This document shows, piece by piece, positions 28,837 through 39,700 of a stretch of 64,000 nucleotides of DNA. The stretch covers positions 1,408,001-1,472,000 of the forward strand of contig CAWFFH010000003.1 in assembly GCA_963815095.1 (NCBI GenBank). The letters are read 5' to 3'. The position numbers and the translations under genes are program-made. Under the pieces are notes generated by a model. The model was not told the origin of the DNA. It was given only the letters and a program-made list of their open reading frames with translations, and searched no databases. Positions within the stretch are counted from its first letter, which is position 1; each line of letters starts with the position of its first letter. The stretch is from Candidatus Bathyarchaeota archaeon (GTDB lineage: Archaea; Thermoproteota; Bathyarchaeia; Bathyarchaeales; Bathycorpusculaceae).

Positions 28837-30693
28837 TTGCTAGGTTACGCGGGAACAATCTTATATGTTGATTTAACCACAGGCAAAACTCGCAAAGAAA
28901 AACTGAACGAGGAAGTCGCCAAAAAATACATCGGCGGCATCGGCCTTGGCATGGAACTCTATTTATCCAATTCAAAAGCAGGTGTGCATCCACTTAGCGC
29001 AGAAAACCCGCTTGTTTTAGCAATTGGACCCGTTTCAGGAACCATGTTTCCAACAGGCGGCAACGGACACGCCTTTATATCTAAATCACCCGAAACAAAC
29101 GGAGTTGGCGAAGCTGTAAGCCACGGCACCTTTGGCGCTGAACTAAAAAGAGCAGGATACGACGCAATAATCTTAACTGGCAAAGCTGAAAAGCCAACTT
29201 ACCTTTGGATTGACGACGACGCAGTCCAACTTCTTGATGCTTCACAAATCTGGGGCAAATCACCCGGCGAAACTGAAGACGCCATCAAAAATGAAACAGG
29301 CGACTATTACGTTCGGATAGCATCCATAGGTTTAGCAGGCGAAAAACTCAGTAAAATTGCCACTATTATTAACGAGAAAACCCGCGCCGCTGGCAGAACA
29401 GGTCTTGGCGCCGTTATGGGCAGCAAAAACCTCAAAGCCATCGCAGTTCGAGGCACCCGCGACATAGTTGTAGCGAAACCGGACGAATTCATGGAAATGG
29501 TAAAAGAATTCCACGAACGCATGAAAGGTCCAGCTGCACAGAAATACCGCACCTTAGGCACATCTGAAAACATCGTGATTCAAAACTCACTTTTCTGCAT
29601 GCCAACCCGCAACTTCAACAACGCTCATTTTGACAACGCTGAAAAAGTCAGCGGAGAAACCCTCAACGAACGTTACATCACAAAAATCATAGCCTGCAAC
29701 TCATGCGCTATGCGATGTGAACATGAAGCATTAATCCGCGAAGGACCCTACAAAGGCACCTTGGCAAGAATGGAATATGACAATATCTGGGCATTGGGAC
29801 CAAACTGTGGCGTAGACAAACTAGATGCCATAATAAAAGCTGCTGAACTCTGCAACTACTACGGCCTTGACGCAACAAGCGCAGGCGTAACCGTCGGTTT
29901 CGTGATGGACTGCCACGAAAAAGGTATCCTGACCCACGAAGACCTTGGCGGATTAGATGCTCACTTCGGCAACGCAGATGCACTCATCCAACTTATCGAA
30001 AAAATCGGCAAACGCGAAGGAATCGGCGACATGCTTGCTGACGGCGTGAAAGCGGCTGCACAAAAAATTGGCAAAGGCTCCATGGAGCTTGCTCAACAAA
30101 TTAAAGGCTTAGAAGCTACAGGTTATGATTTGCGATGCCTGAAAACTGCCGCTTTAGCTTCAGCAGTTTCGTTCCGCGGAGCAGACCAGAACCGCAGCGG
30201 CGCTTACAGCATTGATCTAAAAGGCAAAGTTGACCGTTTGAAAGCCGAAAAAGGACGCGGCAAACTCGTCAAAGACGCAGAAGACATCTACGCATTAATC
30301 GATTCCCTTATCATCTGCAAAAACGCCAAAGGCACCCTCTACAAGGAACTCGCCGACATGGCAAAACTCTACAGCCTAGTCACAGGCATCGAAATGACCC
30401 CTGAAGAACTCAGCCTTGCAGGCGAACGAATAAACACACTCGCAAAACTCATTAATGTCCGAGAAGGATTTAGTCGCAAAGACGACACATTGCCCTGGAA
30501 AGTAATGAACCAACCAATCCCCGACGAAGGACCCGTTAAAGGCGCGGTCGTAACTCAAGACGAACTTGACCTGCTACTTGACGATTATTATCAAGCTCGT
30601 GGCTGGAATGTCGAGGGTATTCCTACAAAAGCTAAACTCGAAGAATTAGGCATGCAAGATTACCAGACTATAATTGAAGGAAAAGAGGCATAA
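28837..30693 (+). CDS. aor: Tungsten-dependent aldehyde:ferredoxin oxidoreductase family protein 2
   Basis: Paralogue of 25834 with GRTGLGAVMGSKNLKA, CNSCAMRC and YGLDATS. TTG at 28837 follows GGAGG. Confidence 0.9.
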   Translation: MLGYAGTILYVDLTTGKTRKEKLNEEVAKKYIGGIGLGMELYLSNSKAGVHPLSAENPLVLAIGPVSGTMFPTGGNGHAFISKSPETNGVGEAVSHGTFGAELKRAGYDAIILTGKAEKPTYLWIDDDAVQLLDASQIWGKSPGETEDAIKNETGDYYVRIASIGLAGEKLSKIATIINEKTRAAGRTGLGAVMGSKNLKAIAVRGTRDIVVAKPDEFMEMVKEFHERMKGPAAQKYRTLGTSENIVIQNSLFCMPTRNFNNAHFDNAEKVSGETLNERYITKIIACNSCAMRCEHEALIREGPYKGTLARMEYDNIWALGPNCGVDKLDAIIKAAELCNYYGLDATSAGVTVGFVMDCHEKGILTHEDLGGLDAHFGNADALIQLIEKIGKREGIGDMLADGVKAAAQKIGKGSMELAQQIKGLEATGYDLRCLKTAALASAVSFRGADQNRSGAYSIDLKGKVDRLKAEKGRGKLVKDAEDIYALIDSLIICKNAKGTLYKELADMAKLYSLVTGIEMTPEELSLAGERINTLAKLINVREGFSRKDDTLPWKVMNQPIPDEGPVKGAVVTQDELDLLLDDYYQARGWNVEGIPTKAKLEELGMQDYQTIIEGKEA

Positions 30694-30695
30694 AC

Positions 30696-31190
30696 ATGGT
30701 AAAGCTGCACGAAAGAAAATTTGTTTCCACAGACCCAGAAAAATGCGTCGGCTGCCAAATATGCGAGTACGCCTGCTCATTCACCAAAGAGAAAGCTTTC
30801 AACCCACTCAAATCACGCATCCGTGTCGTCCGTGTTAACCAATTAGCCAACATGGCTGTAACATGCCGACTCTGCGAAGAACCAGCCTGCGTAGCAGCCT
30901 GCCCACGTGATGCACTCACTCAATCCAAAGAAACAGGTAACATAGAACTCGATAAAGACAAATGCAACGGCTGCGGCTGGTGCATCGAAGCCTGCGATTA
31001 CGGGGCAATAATGCTTCACCCAGAAACCAAAGTCGTCTACGTCTGCGACATGTGCAAAGACAAACCTGAAGGGCCACAATGCGTCAAATGGTGCCCCGAA
31101 GAAGCCATAACCGTCGTTACAAGCGATGTATTAGCACAGAAAGCAAGAATCGGCGCAATCAAAAAACTCTTCCAAGAAAAAGAAAAATAA
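30696..31190 (+). CDS. 4x[4Fe-4S] electron-transfer subunit of AOR module 2
   Basis: Paralogue of 27749 with the same Cys pattern. Confidence 0.9.
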   Translation: MVKLHERKFVSTDPEKCVGCQICEYACSFTKEKAFNPLKSRIRVVRVNQLANMAVTCRLCEEPACVAACPRDALTQSKETGNIELDKDKCNGCGWCIEACDYGAIMLHPETKVVYVCDMCKDKPEGPQCVKWCPEEAITVVTSDVLAQKARIGAIKKLFQEKEK

Positions 31191-31303
31191 ACGAACATTT
31201 TTGCTCATTTTCTAATTTTTAAAATTCAGTATTTTAATTTGAAGTAGCGTTTTGGAAAACCTATTAATAACAACATGCCAACAACGTCTCAGGTGCCCCA
31301 CAT

Positions 31304-32104
31304 TTGCTTGACCACCTAATCATCACAATTATTCTGGGATTAATTCAAGGCTTCGCAGAATGGCTACCCATATCCAGTACCGCTCACTTGCGAGTTGCAG
31401 AGCACTTTTTAGGGTTCCCTGCGATGCCCCTGTTCAATGTTTTCTTACACATAGGCACACTTGGAGTTGTAATATTCTACTTTAGACACGACATTAAGGT
31501 AATTCTAACCGCTTTTCTGCATAGAGATTTTCATTCAGAATATGGCAGATTCATCCCATTAATTATTGTCGCATCCATACCCACGGGCATAATTGGAATC
31601 CTCTATGACCTTTACCTAGGCGACAACTACCAAACAATCCTAATCATCGGCATAACATTCCTATTCGGAGCCGCACTCCTATTCTCATCAAAGTTTGGAA
31701 AAGAAACTAAAACTCAAATCTCCTACCGCGAAGCACTTGTAATGGGAACCGCTCAGGGAGCGGCAAGTTTTCCGGGGCTTTCTAGGAGTGGTTCAACAAT
31801 ATCCAGCGGGCTGCTGCAGGGCGTTAAACGTGAAATGGTTTTTAAATTTTCATTTTTGCTCTCAATTCCCGCAATCATCGGGGATTTAGCCGTTGAAGCA
31901 TTTCATGATCGAGGCAGTTTTTCTCAAGGCGTCGGGGTCAGCTCGTTGAACCTTTTCATTGGTTTAATCTTTGCAGTTTTAGCAGGTTACTTGGCAATTG
32001 TGCTCGTCAAAAAGCTGGTTTTAAACAAGAAATTCCATTACTTTGCTGCATACACGTTTGCATTGGGAATTATTCTTATTCTTTTGGCGCTCTTAGGATT
32101 TTAA
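31304..32104 (+). CDS. uppP: Undecaprenyl/polyprenyl-diphosphate phosphatase (BacA)
   Basis: QGFAEWLPISSTAH, PGLSRSGSTI and FSFLLSIPA motifs. Confidence 0.92.
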   Translation: MLDHLIITIILGLIQGFAEWLPISSTAHLRVAEHFLGFPAMPLFNVFLHIGTLGVVIFYFRHDIKVILTAFLHRDFHSEYGRFIPLIIVASIPTGIIGILYDLYLGDNYQTILIIGITFLFGAALLFSSKFGKETKTQISYREALVMGTAQGAASFPGLSRSGSTISSGLLQGVKREMVFKFSFLLSIPAIIGDLAVEAFHDRGSFSQGVGVSSLNLFIGLIFAVLAGYLAIVLVKKLVLNKKFHYFAAYTFALGIILILLALLGF

Positions 32105-32172
32105 GAAGGGCTGTTTTTTTCAGTCGAATTTGAAAACTGGTTTGGACAAGTAAGTGCCAAATAATAAATGGG

Positions 32173-33954
32173 TTAGATGGTCTTTTCTAAATCCCCAATG
32201 AAGCGTTCAAACACCTTCAAACCGCTATTCCAGAAGTCAGGCGATGCCACGTTTAGCCCAACAGTTTTCCCGATTTCCAACGGCGACATGCTGCCGCCTG
32301 CAGACAACGCTTTTACCAGTTTTGGAACAAACGATTTGCCTTCCTCCAAATAACGCTCATATAAGGAGTAGACGAACATTTGGGCGTAGACGTAGGGGTA
32401 GTTATAGAAACGGTAGTTTGCCATGTAATAGTGAGGTTTCATGGTCCATTCGGCTTCCATTTCGGGGAACCAAGTGACGGCGTCGCCGAAGATGCGGTCA
32501 CGGCTTTTGGTCCAGTGGTTACAGATGGTTTTGTAATCCAAATATTCGCCCTTCTCTATGGAGGCGTAAAGTGCTTGTTCAAACCACACTCGTGCGGTAA
32601 CTTGGAATGCAGTCATTCCTGCTTCATCCAACACCAAACACAGTAGTGCCTTGCGTTCTGCATCTGTCTTCGCTCCGTCCAGCAACTGGTCAGTGAGTAG
32701 TAGTTCGCCAAAAATCGAGGCTGTTTCAGCCATTGCAGAGGGAACGTTCATGTTCAGTAGTGTTTGGCTTCTCGATGCATACCAGTCATGGGTTGCGTGT
32801 CCGAGCTCATGCGCCAGCGTGTACACATCTGTTAGTGTGCCGTTGAAACTTTGAAGAATGTAGGCTGATTTGCCGTTGTAGTATCCTGCGCAAAATGCGC
32901 CGTTGCGTTTCCCAAATCGTGGTGTGGCGTCTATGTGGCGTTTTTGGAACATTTCCGTGACGGCAGTTGCGTAGGCTGGGTCGAATCGGCTGTAGGAATG
33001 AGTGATGAGGTCCTGTGCTTGTTGGAAAGTAAATTTGAGGTCTGAGGATTCTGGTAAGGGTGCCACGATGTCATGATTGCCCAACACTGGCAGATCCATC
33101 AATTTGGCTTTTAACTTGAGATAACGCCGATAAGCTTTCGATCCTTCCTCTACGGTTTTGAGAAGGTTAGCAATTATGCCCTCTTGGGTGTCGTTGCTGA
33201 TTACGCTGGACTCCATTGGCGAGGCATATTTTCGTCTTTTAGACACACTTACCCAATCATTGCAGATGTTACGCAGTGCTGCCGAAAATACTTCGCTGTC
33301 TTTTCCTAGAAGTCCATAAATGGAGCGGTTTGCAGATTCACGGGTGGCTCGATCGTGGTGCGAAAGCCATCCGTTGGCTTCTCCGTAGCTCAAGGTCTTT
33401 TTTTCTCCCAAAACGTTCACTTCAAAGAGGCGAGTATTGAGCCATTTACTCTGAAGTTCCTCCCACGCATTGATGCCGAATTGGTCCTTCTCGATGATGA
33501 GTTGCTCTTCAACTTCGGATAGTTGGTGCTCTACGCGCCGTTGGATACGTTCTAAGGCGTGCTTGTAATTGGCTAAAGCTGGTTCGTTGATTATTTGAGG
33601 TCTACTTTTTACCAAAGCGCCCAGCTCTAGAGAATAAAACGCCAACTGCTTGCTAATTTTAGCTGAAAGTTTGTCTATTTTATCGTTAAGTGTCTGTGCT
33701 TGGGGTTGAGTCATGTCTGCCGAAAACGATAGGCTCGAGTATAGAGTTAGGTCACTGAATTTTGCCTCAAACGTCTCAATATCTCTGAAGCAACGCAGTA
33801 AGTCCTCGGCAGTTAACTGGGTTACTTTGCTGCGGTAAGTTTTCTCAAAGGCATCCGCCGTTGTCTCGGCTTCCTTTATGGCTTGGTCAATTTTAGGGTC
33901 AGTTAAGCTAGAAAAAAGCTCGGTTAAATTCCATGTAACTTGTTGAGTTGTCAA
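32173..33954 (-). CDS. M3B oligoendopeptidase F
   Basis: WNLTELF, GKRNGAFC, HELGH, AETAS and FYNYPY motifs. Confidence 0.92.
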   Translation of the reverse strand: MTTQQVTWNLTELFSSLTDPKIDQAIKEAETTADAFEKTYRSKVTQLTAEDLLRCFRDIETFEAKFSDLTLYSSLSFSADMTQPQAQTLNDKIDKLSAKISKQLAFYSLELGALVKSRPQIINEPALANYKHALERIQRRVEHQLSEVEEQLIIEKDQFGINAWEELQSKWLNTRLFEVNVLGEKKTLSYGEANGWLSHHDRATRESANRSIYGLLGKDSEVFSAALRNICNDWVSVSKRRKYASPMESSVISNDTQEGIIANLLKTVEEGSKAYRRYLKLKAKLMDLPVLGNHDIVAPLPESSDLKFTFQQAQDLITHSYSRFDPAYATAVTEMFQKRHIDATPRFGKRNGAFCAGYYNGKSAYILQSFNGTLTDVYTLAHELGHATHDWYASRSQTLLNMNVPSAMAETASIFGELLLTDQLLDGAKTDAERKALLCLVLDEAGMTAFQVTARVWFEQALYASIEKGEYLDYKTICNHWTKSRDRIFGDAVTWFPEMEAEWTMKPHYYMANYRFYNYPYVYAQMFVYSLYERYLEEGKSFVPKLVKALSAGGSMSPLEIGKTVGLNVASPDFWNSGLKVFERFIGDLEKTI

Positions 33955-34041
33955 ATGTGTGTGCCTCTGATGGACTAATGTGGGATGGGTTATTTTGGAT
34001 TATTGTTCCGTCCTAAAATTGTGCTTTAATTGCCATTTTTT

Positions 34042-34242
34042 TTAAGCCAAAATTATCGGTACTTCGCACATTTGGGCTGGGTCAAAGGTTTCGAGAATTA
34101 ACTTGGATCCTTTTTTGACGGTTACACAGTCGGTTCCGCAGATTGGGCATGGAACAAACTCATGTTCTCCTATAGCGTCGAACTCGAAGCTACAGTGGCA
34201 TTCAGGGCAAGTAAAAATTATCGATGCGTCTGTTGTTTTCAT
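34042..34242 (-). CDS. LysW-like zinc-ribbon protein lacking the EDWGE terminus
   Basis: CPEC..CPICG motifs, GGAGG upstream. Confidence 0.7.
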   Translation of the reverse strand: MKTTDASIIFTCPECHCSFEFDAIGEHEFVPCPICGTDCVTVKKGSKLILETFDPAQMCEVPIILA

Positions 34243-34434
34243 TTTCTATCCTCCTAAAAAACTAAGTTTTTCTATTCAATTAATTAGCTAAATTGTTTTG
34301 TGATTTATAGAAACAGCTTGTTTGTCTCTGCAAACGTACAACTTCTGACTAGGTAATAACTTTATCCATAGATACATGAAGTTTGGATGGTGCTAAGGTC
34401 AATTTTTTTCAAAAAATAATCAGACCTGAAGTCA

Positions 34435-34671
34435 TTAACGAAGTTCTTTTTCAGCCTTGTATATTTGTTTGTCCAACTTTTCTTTGTATCTGTCCGCTTC
34501 GTTTTCCTTTAGGTCTACTGGACTTGCATTCAAACTCTTCATTAATTCTTTGTCGCTTAGGTTTACAAATTTTTCAGCAAGTTCATCAAGGAGCTTGCGG
34601 ATTTCTTTAAGTTCCACAGCTATCCCCCTAAGGCTTCTCCTGTCCTCGTCTGTCAAGACTATTTTGCCCAC
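34435..34671 (-). CDS. Small helical hypothetical protein
   Basis: Charged coiled-coil-like ORF with GGTGA upstream. Confidence 0.55.
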   Translation of the reverse strand: MGKIVLTDEDRRSLRGIAVELKEIRKLLDELAEKFVNLSDKELMKSLNASPVDLKENEADRYKEKLDKQIYKAEKELR

Positions 34672-34753
34672 AGCAAGTCACCGAATAAGCTTATTTTACA
34701 AGTGATGAGTAGTATTAAAATTTCCCTAAAAAAGAAAAATGCTTAAGAATTGT

Positions 34754-34876
34754 TGGTGCTACGGGCAGGATTTGAACCTGCGAACCCCTGAGGGAAAGGA
34801 TTTCCCATTCGGGCGCTTGAGTCAAAGCGTCGAGATCTTGAGTCCTTCACCTTTGACCTAGCTTGGTTACCGTAGC
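34754..34876 (-). tRNA. tRNA-Leu(CAA) with a 35-nt intron at position 37/38 (34802-34836)
   Basis: Acceptor GCTACGG/CCGTAGC, anticodon stem AAGGA/TCCTT, CAA at 34840-34838, long variable arm, TTCAAAT T-loop and CCA. BHB central helix CTCA/TGGG. Confidence 0.92.
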
Positions 34877-34949
34877 AACGTTTCGATTAGAAAACTGTCT
34901 GGCTCCGTCTTATTAATCATTTCCCGTCTACCGCAAAAGTAAAACACCA

Positions 34950-35858
34950 ATGCAACGATACTTAGAAGTAATGCAGACGCAGCACAGAATTATCCTTGGC
35001 AACAGCCAACAAATGCCCGAACTTGCTAACGCAAGTGTGCAATTAATGGTGACTTCGCCGCCTTACCCCATGATAGCCATGTGGGACGAGTTGTTTGCGA
35101 AGGCTGATCCCAAGATTGCAGAATTATTCAAGAAATTGAACTCTGATGGCAAAGAGGAAACAGTGCGACAGATCTATACTGAAATGCATGACTATTTGGC
35201 GAAGGTTTGGCAGGAAACCTACCGGGTCCTAGTTGACGGGGGCATCGCGTGCATAAACATTGGCGACGCAACCCGAACTGTAAACGGAAGATTCCAGCTC
35301 TACCCCAACCACTCCCGAATCACTGAAGTCTGCGAAAAAATCGGCTTTACAACCCTTCCATATATTTTATGGAAAAAGCCCACCAATAAACCGGCGTATA
35401 AAGGCAAAGGCGCCTTTTTGGGCTCAGGTTTCCTTCCCCCAAACGCCTACGTAACGCTGGATTGTGAGTTTATTTTGTTGTTTAGGAAGGGAAAACTGAG
35501 AAAGTTCCAACCTAAAGATATTCTGCGGTATGAAAGTGCTTTCACGAAAGTGCAGCGTGATGAGTGGTTTAGTCAGATTTGGTCCTTGAAGGGCACCCGG
35601 CAGACTTCAACCGAATTAGAACGTAGAACCGCAGCATACCCTGAAGAAATCGCCGAGCGCCTAATCCGAATGTTTAGCGTTAAAGGCGAACTCGTGCTAG
35701 ACCCTTTTTTGGGTTCGGGAACAACCACAAAAATCACCATTCAAAATGAACGCAGCAGCATTGGATACGAATCAGATCTCAACTTGTTGCCAGTTATAGT
35801 CAAAAAAACAGGTACCGCTAAGGGCAAAGAAGCAATTGTGGAAATAATTAAACGTTGA
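34950..35858 (+). CDS. Beta-class N4-cytosine (N6/N4) DNA methyltransferase
   Basis: TSPPY catalytic motif precedes the DPFLGSGTT SAM motif. Start may be 34971. Confidence 0.9.
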   Translation: MQRYLEVMQTQHRIILGNSQQMPELANASVQLMVTSPPYPMIAMWDELFAKADPKIAELFKKLNSDGKEETVRQIYTEMHDYLAKVWQETYRVLVDGGIACINIGDATRTVNGRFQLYPNHSRITEVCEKIGFTTLPYILWKKPTNKPAYKGKGAFLGSGFLPPNAYVTLDCEFILLFRKGKLRKFQPKDILRYESAFTKVQRDEWFSQIWSLKGTRQTSTELERRTAAYPEEIAERLIRMFSVKGELVLDPFLGSGTTTKITIQNERSSIGYESDLNLLPVIVKKTGTAKGKEAIVEIIKR

Positions 35859-35927
35859 AGACAGGCGGGATTTGCCAAATTCTTAATATTGTCTTCAGCT
35901 ATTTTCTAACAAAAAAGGTTGGTCTAA

Positions 35928-36245
35928 TTGGTTAAGAAAGAGTTAGACAATGGGAAACCCATGGGATTTGGCAATACTTCGCGAAGGTTTACCCATTCTA
36001 GTCGACGCGTGAAGGGCACAATTGCAAAGGACCGTTTTGCTTTTGATCAAGCTATGCAGGGACACGATTGCCTAAAAATTCGACAAGATGGCGATTTTGT
36101 GGTTCAGAAACGTGATTTTTTTGGGAACAAAGTTGGTGAGCCAACTACATATGAAGTGAAGACAGGGAACTCTAAATTGACGGAAGCTCAGGAGAAAAGG
36201 CAACGTCGACTAGGTAGGAATCGCTACAAAATTGCCAGGTATTAG
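35928..36245 (+). CDS. Small basic PD-(D/E)xK-like nuclease-fold protein
   Basis: GDFVV...YEVKTG..KLTEAQ pattern as in Hjc/VRR-NUC-like nucleases. Confidence 0.55.
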   Translation: MVKKELDNGKPMGFGNTSRRFTHSSRRVKGTIAKDRFAFDQAMQGHDCLKIRQDGDFVVQKRDFFGNKVGEPTTYEVKTGNSKLTEAQEKRQRRLGRNRYKIARY

Positions 36246-36719
36246 CTGGAATTGGGTCTTATTGTCCTGAAAGGAAGAAGATTACTATAAGCGTTTTCTA
36301 AGGCCAAAAGCATGTTGGAAATTGGTGCAAACGCAGAAAAGAACTAAGTTAGTAGGGTTATTTTGTTTATAAAAGCGTGTTCTTAAGTGTCTCATGCGCA
36401 TTGACCATGGTTGTGTGCTGTTTGTGCGTACTGGTCGAATTTTTTCGTCGTTTCTTATTTTGTCTCATTCAGTTTCGAGGAGAAAAGTTTTTTTCAACCA
36501 GATGCTCTATGATTGTTATTAGAGATTCAGTTTAGACTCATTGTGAATAAAAATGTTTATATTCGACGTAGGCGGCTTGTGTTTGTGCTCTTAGAAAAGT
36601 TAGTTGACCCTTTTTCGAGTTGGACCTATCCAGCATCGGAGGAAATGAAAAAGTGAAAACACAATTAACAAAAATTCACAATCAGTATTATATCTTAAGT
36701 TTATGGGAGAACTGAAAAC

Positions 36720-39700
36720 TTGACTAATGTACAAAAAGAAGATATCCATTATCTTTTGAAAACTTTTTTCAACGAGAAAGGCCTAGTTCGTCAGCATCTT
36801 GACAGTTATAACGAATTTATCGACCATGGACTTCAAGAAGTCGTGGACGAGGTAGCTGAAATCCCTATTGAAGTTCCTGAGAGCCCATATAAAGTGAAAC
36901 TTGGACAAATCTGGGTAATTGACCCTCAATCGCGTATTACCGGTCCTTACGCCACAGAAGTGGATGGAACCAAACATGAAATTTATCCAATGGAAGCCCG
37001 ACTACGCAACTTAGCGTATTCCGCACCCATTGCACTTGAAATGACTCCTGTTGTAGATGGAAGAGAACAGGATACAGAGCTTGTTTACATCGGCAATATC
37101 CCTGTAATGTTGAAGAGCAAACTTTGCTTCCTTAGCCAACTCAGCAAAGAAGAGCTTATCGCGGCAGGAGAAGACCCTGATGATCCAGGAGGATATTTTG
37201 TTGTTAACGGTTCTGAACGTGTTATCGTTGCGATGGAAGACTTGGCACCAAACCGCGTCATCGTTGACATCGACGAAAAAGGCACATCACCAGTTTATCA
37301 AGCAAAAATCTTCTCAACAACAGTCGGTTTCCGAGCAAGAATTGAACTTAAACTAAAATCAGACGACGCAATCTACGTCACTATGCCGGGAGTTCCCACA
37401 GAAATCCCATTCGTCGTCATCATGCGCGCACTAACCATGGAAAAAGACAAAGACATCGCCGAAGCAGTCACACTCGACAGCGAAACCCAAACCCAACTCT
37501 CTGCCTCATTCGAAAAAGCCATCGGCGTAGACACCCCAAGCGACGCCATTCTTTTCATCGGCAACCGCGTTGCCCACGGACAAGTCGAAGAATACCGACT
37601 CCAAAAGGCAGAAACAGCGTTGGACAAAAACTTCCTCCCACACTTAGGAAGAAGCGACAAAAACCGCAAAGAAAAAGCCATATTCCTTGGCGAAATGGCA
37701 TACCGGGTTATCCAACTAAAAACAGGCAGACGCCAACCAGACGACAAGGACCACTTCAAAAACAAACGTCTAAGACTCGGTGGTCCTTTGCTCGCAGACT
37801 TATTCCGTGTCTCATTTAGAAACCTTACACGGGACATAAAGTACCAGCTTGAACGCATCGGCGTTAAAGGCCCAATCATAACCGTCTCAGCTGCAGTACG
37901 CCCAGGAATTATCACTGAACGTTTCCAGCATGCACTGGCAACAGGCAACTGGGGCAGAGGAAGAGTCGGCATCACCCAACTTTTGGACCGAACAAACTAC
38001 ATCTCCACTCTTAGCCACCTACGCAGACTCCAATCACCTTTAAGCAGAAGCCAACCTAACTTCGAAGCCAGAGACTTACACCCCACCCACTGGGGACGCT
38101 TATGCCCTAACGAAACCCCTGAAGGCTCAAACTGCGGGCTCGTAAAAAACCTCGCATTATCAGCCTCCATCGCAGTCGGTGTAAACCCAGACAAAATCAA
38201 GCAGTTACTCTTCGAAATGGGCAGCGTACCAGCATACGAAGCCTCCATCGAATTACGCATTTCAGGCGCCAAAGTTTTCGTCGACGGAAACATAATTGGC
38301 TACTGCAATAACCCCCAAGAAGTGGTACAAGCATTCCGCCAGAAACGCAGAGCAGGCGAAATATCAACAGAAGTTAACGTAACTTACTTCTCCAAAGCCC
38401 AAACCGAAACCGAAGAAGTCCACGCAAACTGCGACGAAGGCAGAGTCAGACGCCCACTCATCATCGTAGAAAACGGCACAGCAAAACTAGGCTCAAAACA
38501 CTTCGAAAAAGTCGGTTCAGGCGAATGGACATGGGAAGACCTTGTCAAGAACGGTTTAGTTGAATATTTGGATGCTGAAGAAGAAGAAAACGCATACATC
38601 GCGCTTGAATACGATGCTATTCAGCCCAAATCAACACACGTAGAAATTGCAACCTTCACAATCCTTGGCATCTGCGCATCAACCATCCCCTATCCAGAAC
38701 ACAACCAGTCACCACGCAACTCCTATCAAGCCGCCATGGCTAAACAGGCACTCGGCGTTTACAGCACAAACTTCCACCACCGCGTTGACTCACGCTCACA
38801 CATACTTCACTATCCACAAGTACCAATGGTTCAAACTGAAAACATGGATGTCATGGGCTACAAACAACGCCCAACAGGACAAAACTGTGTCGTCGCCGTG
38901 CTCAGCTTCGAAGGCTACAACATGGAAGACGCCATCATATTCAACAAAGCCTCCATCGAACGAGGCTTAGCGCGTTCCACTTTCTACCGTATATACGAAG
39001 CCGAATGTCGCCAATATTTAGGTGGCTTAAAAGACAAATTCACTGTTCCAGAACCAGGCACACGTGGTTACCGTGGAGAACAATATTACAGGCTCCTTGA
39101 ACCGGACGGAATCATCGGCTTAGAATCCCAAGTAGTCGGCGGAGACGTCTTAATTGGTAGAATTAGTCCTCCAAGATTCCTTGAAGAATACAAAGAATTC
39201 GAAGTTAAAGGACCCTCAATGCGTGACACATCCGTAGACATGCGCCCCTCCGAAACAGGCACCGTAGACGGCATATTCGTTACGATGTCAGGCGAAGGGA
39301 GCCAACTCGTCAAAGTCCGCGTAAGAGACCAAAGAGTCCCAGAACTTGGAGACAAATTTGCTTCACGCCATGGACAGAAAGGAGTTATTGGTCTAATCGT
39401 TCCCCAAGAAGACTTGCCCTTCACTGATGAAGGCATAGTTCCTGACCTAATAATTAACCCACACGCAATCCCCTCAAGAATGACCATCGGACAATTCATC
39501 GAATCACTCTCAGGCAAAGCCGCATGCGCAAGAGGCAAACCAGGCGACGGCACACCTTTCTCAAATGAAGGACCAGACGAAGTACGCAAAAACCTAGTAA
39601 AACTCGGATTCAGCCAAACCGGAAGCGAAGTCTTCTACAACGGCGCAACAGGCGAAAAATTCGTCGCGGACGTATTCGTTGGAATTGTTTACTACCAAAA

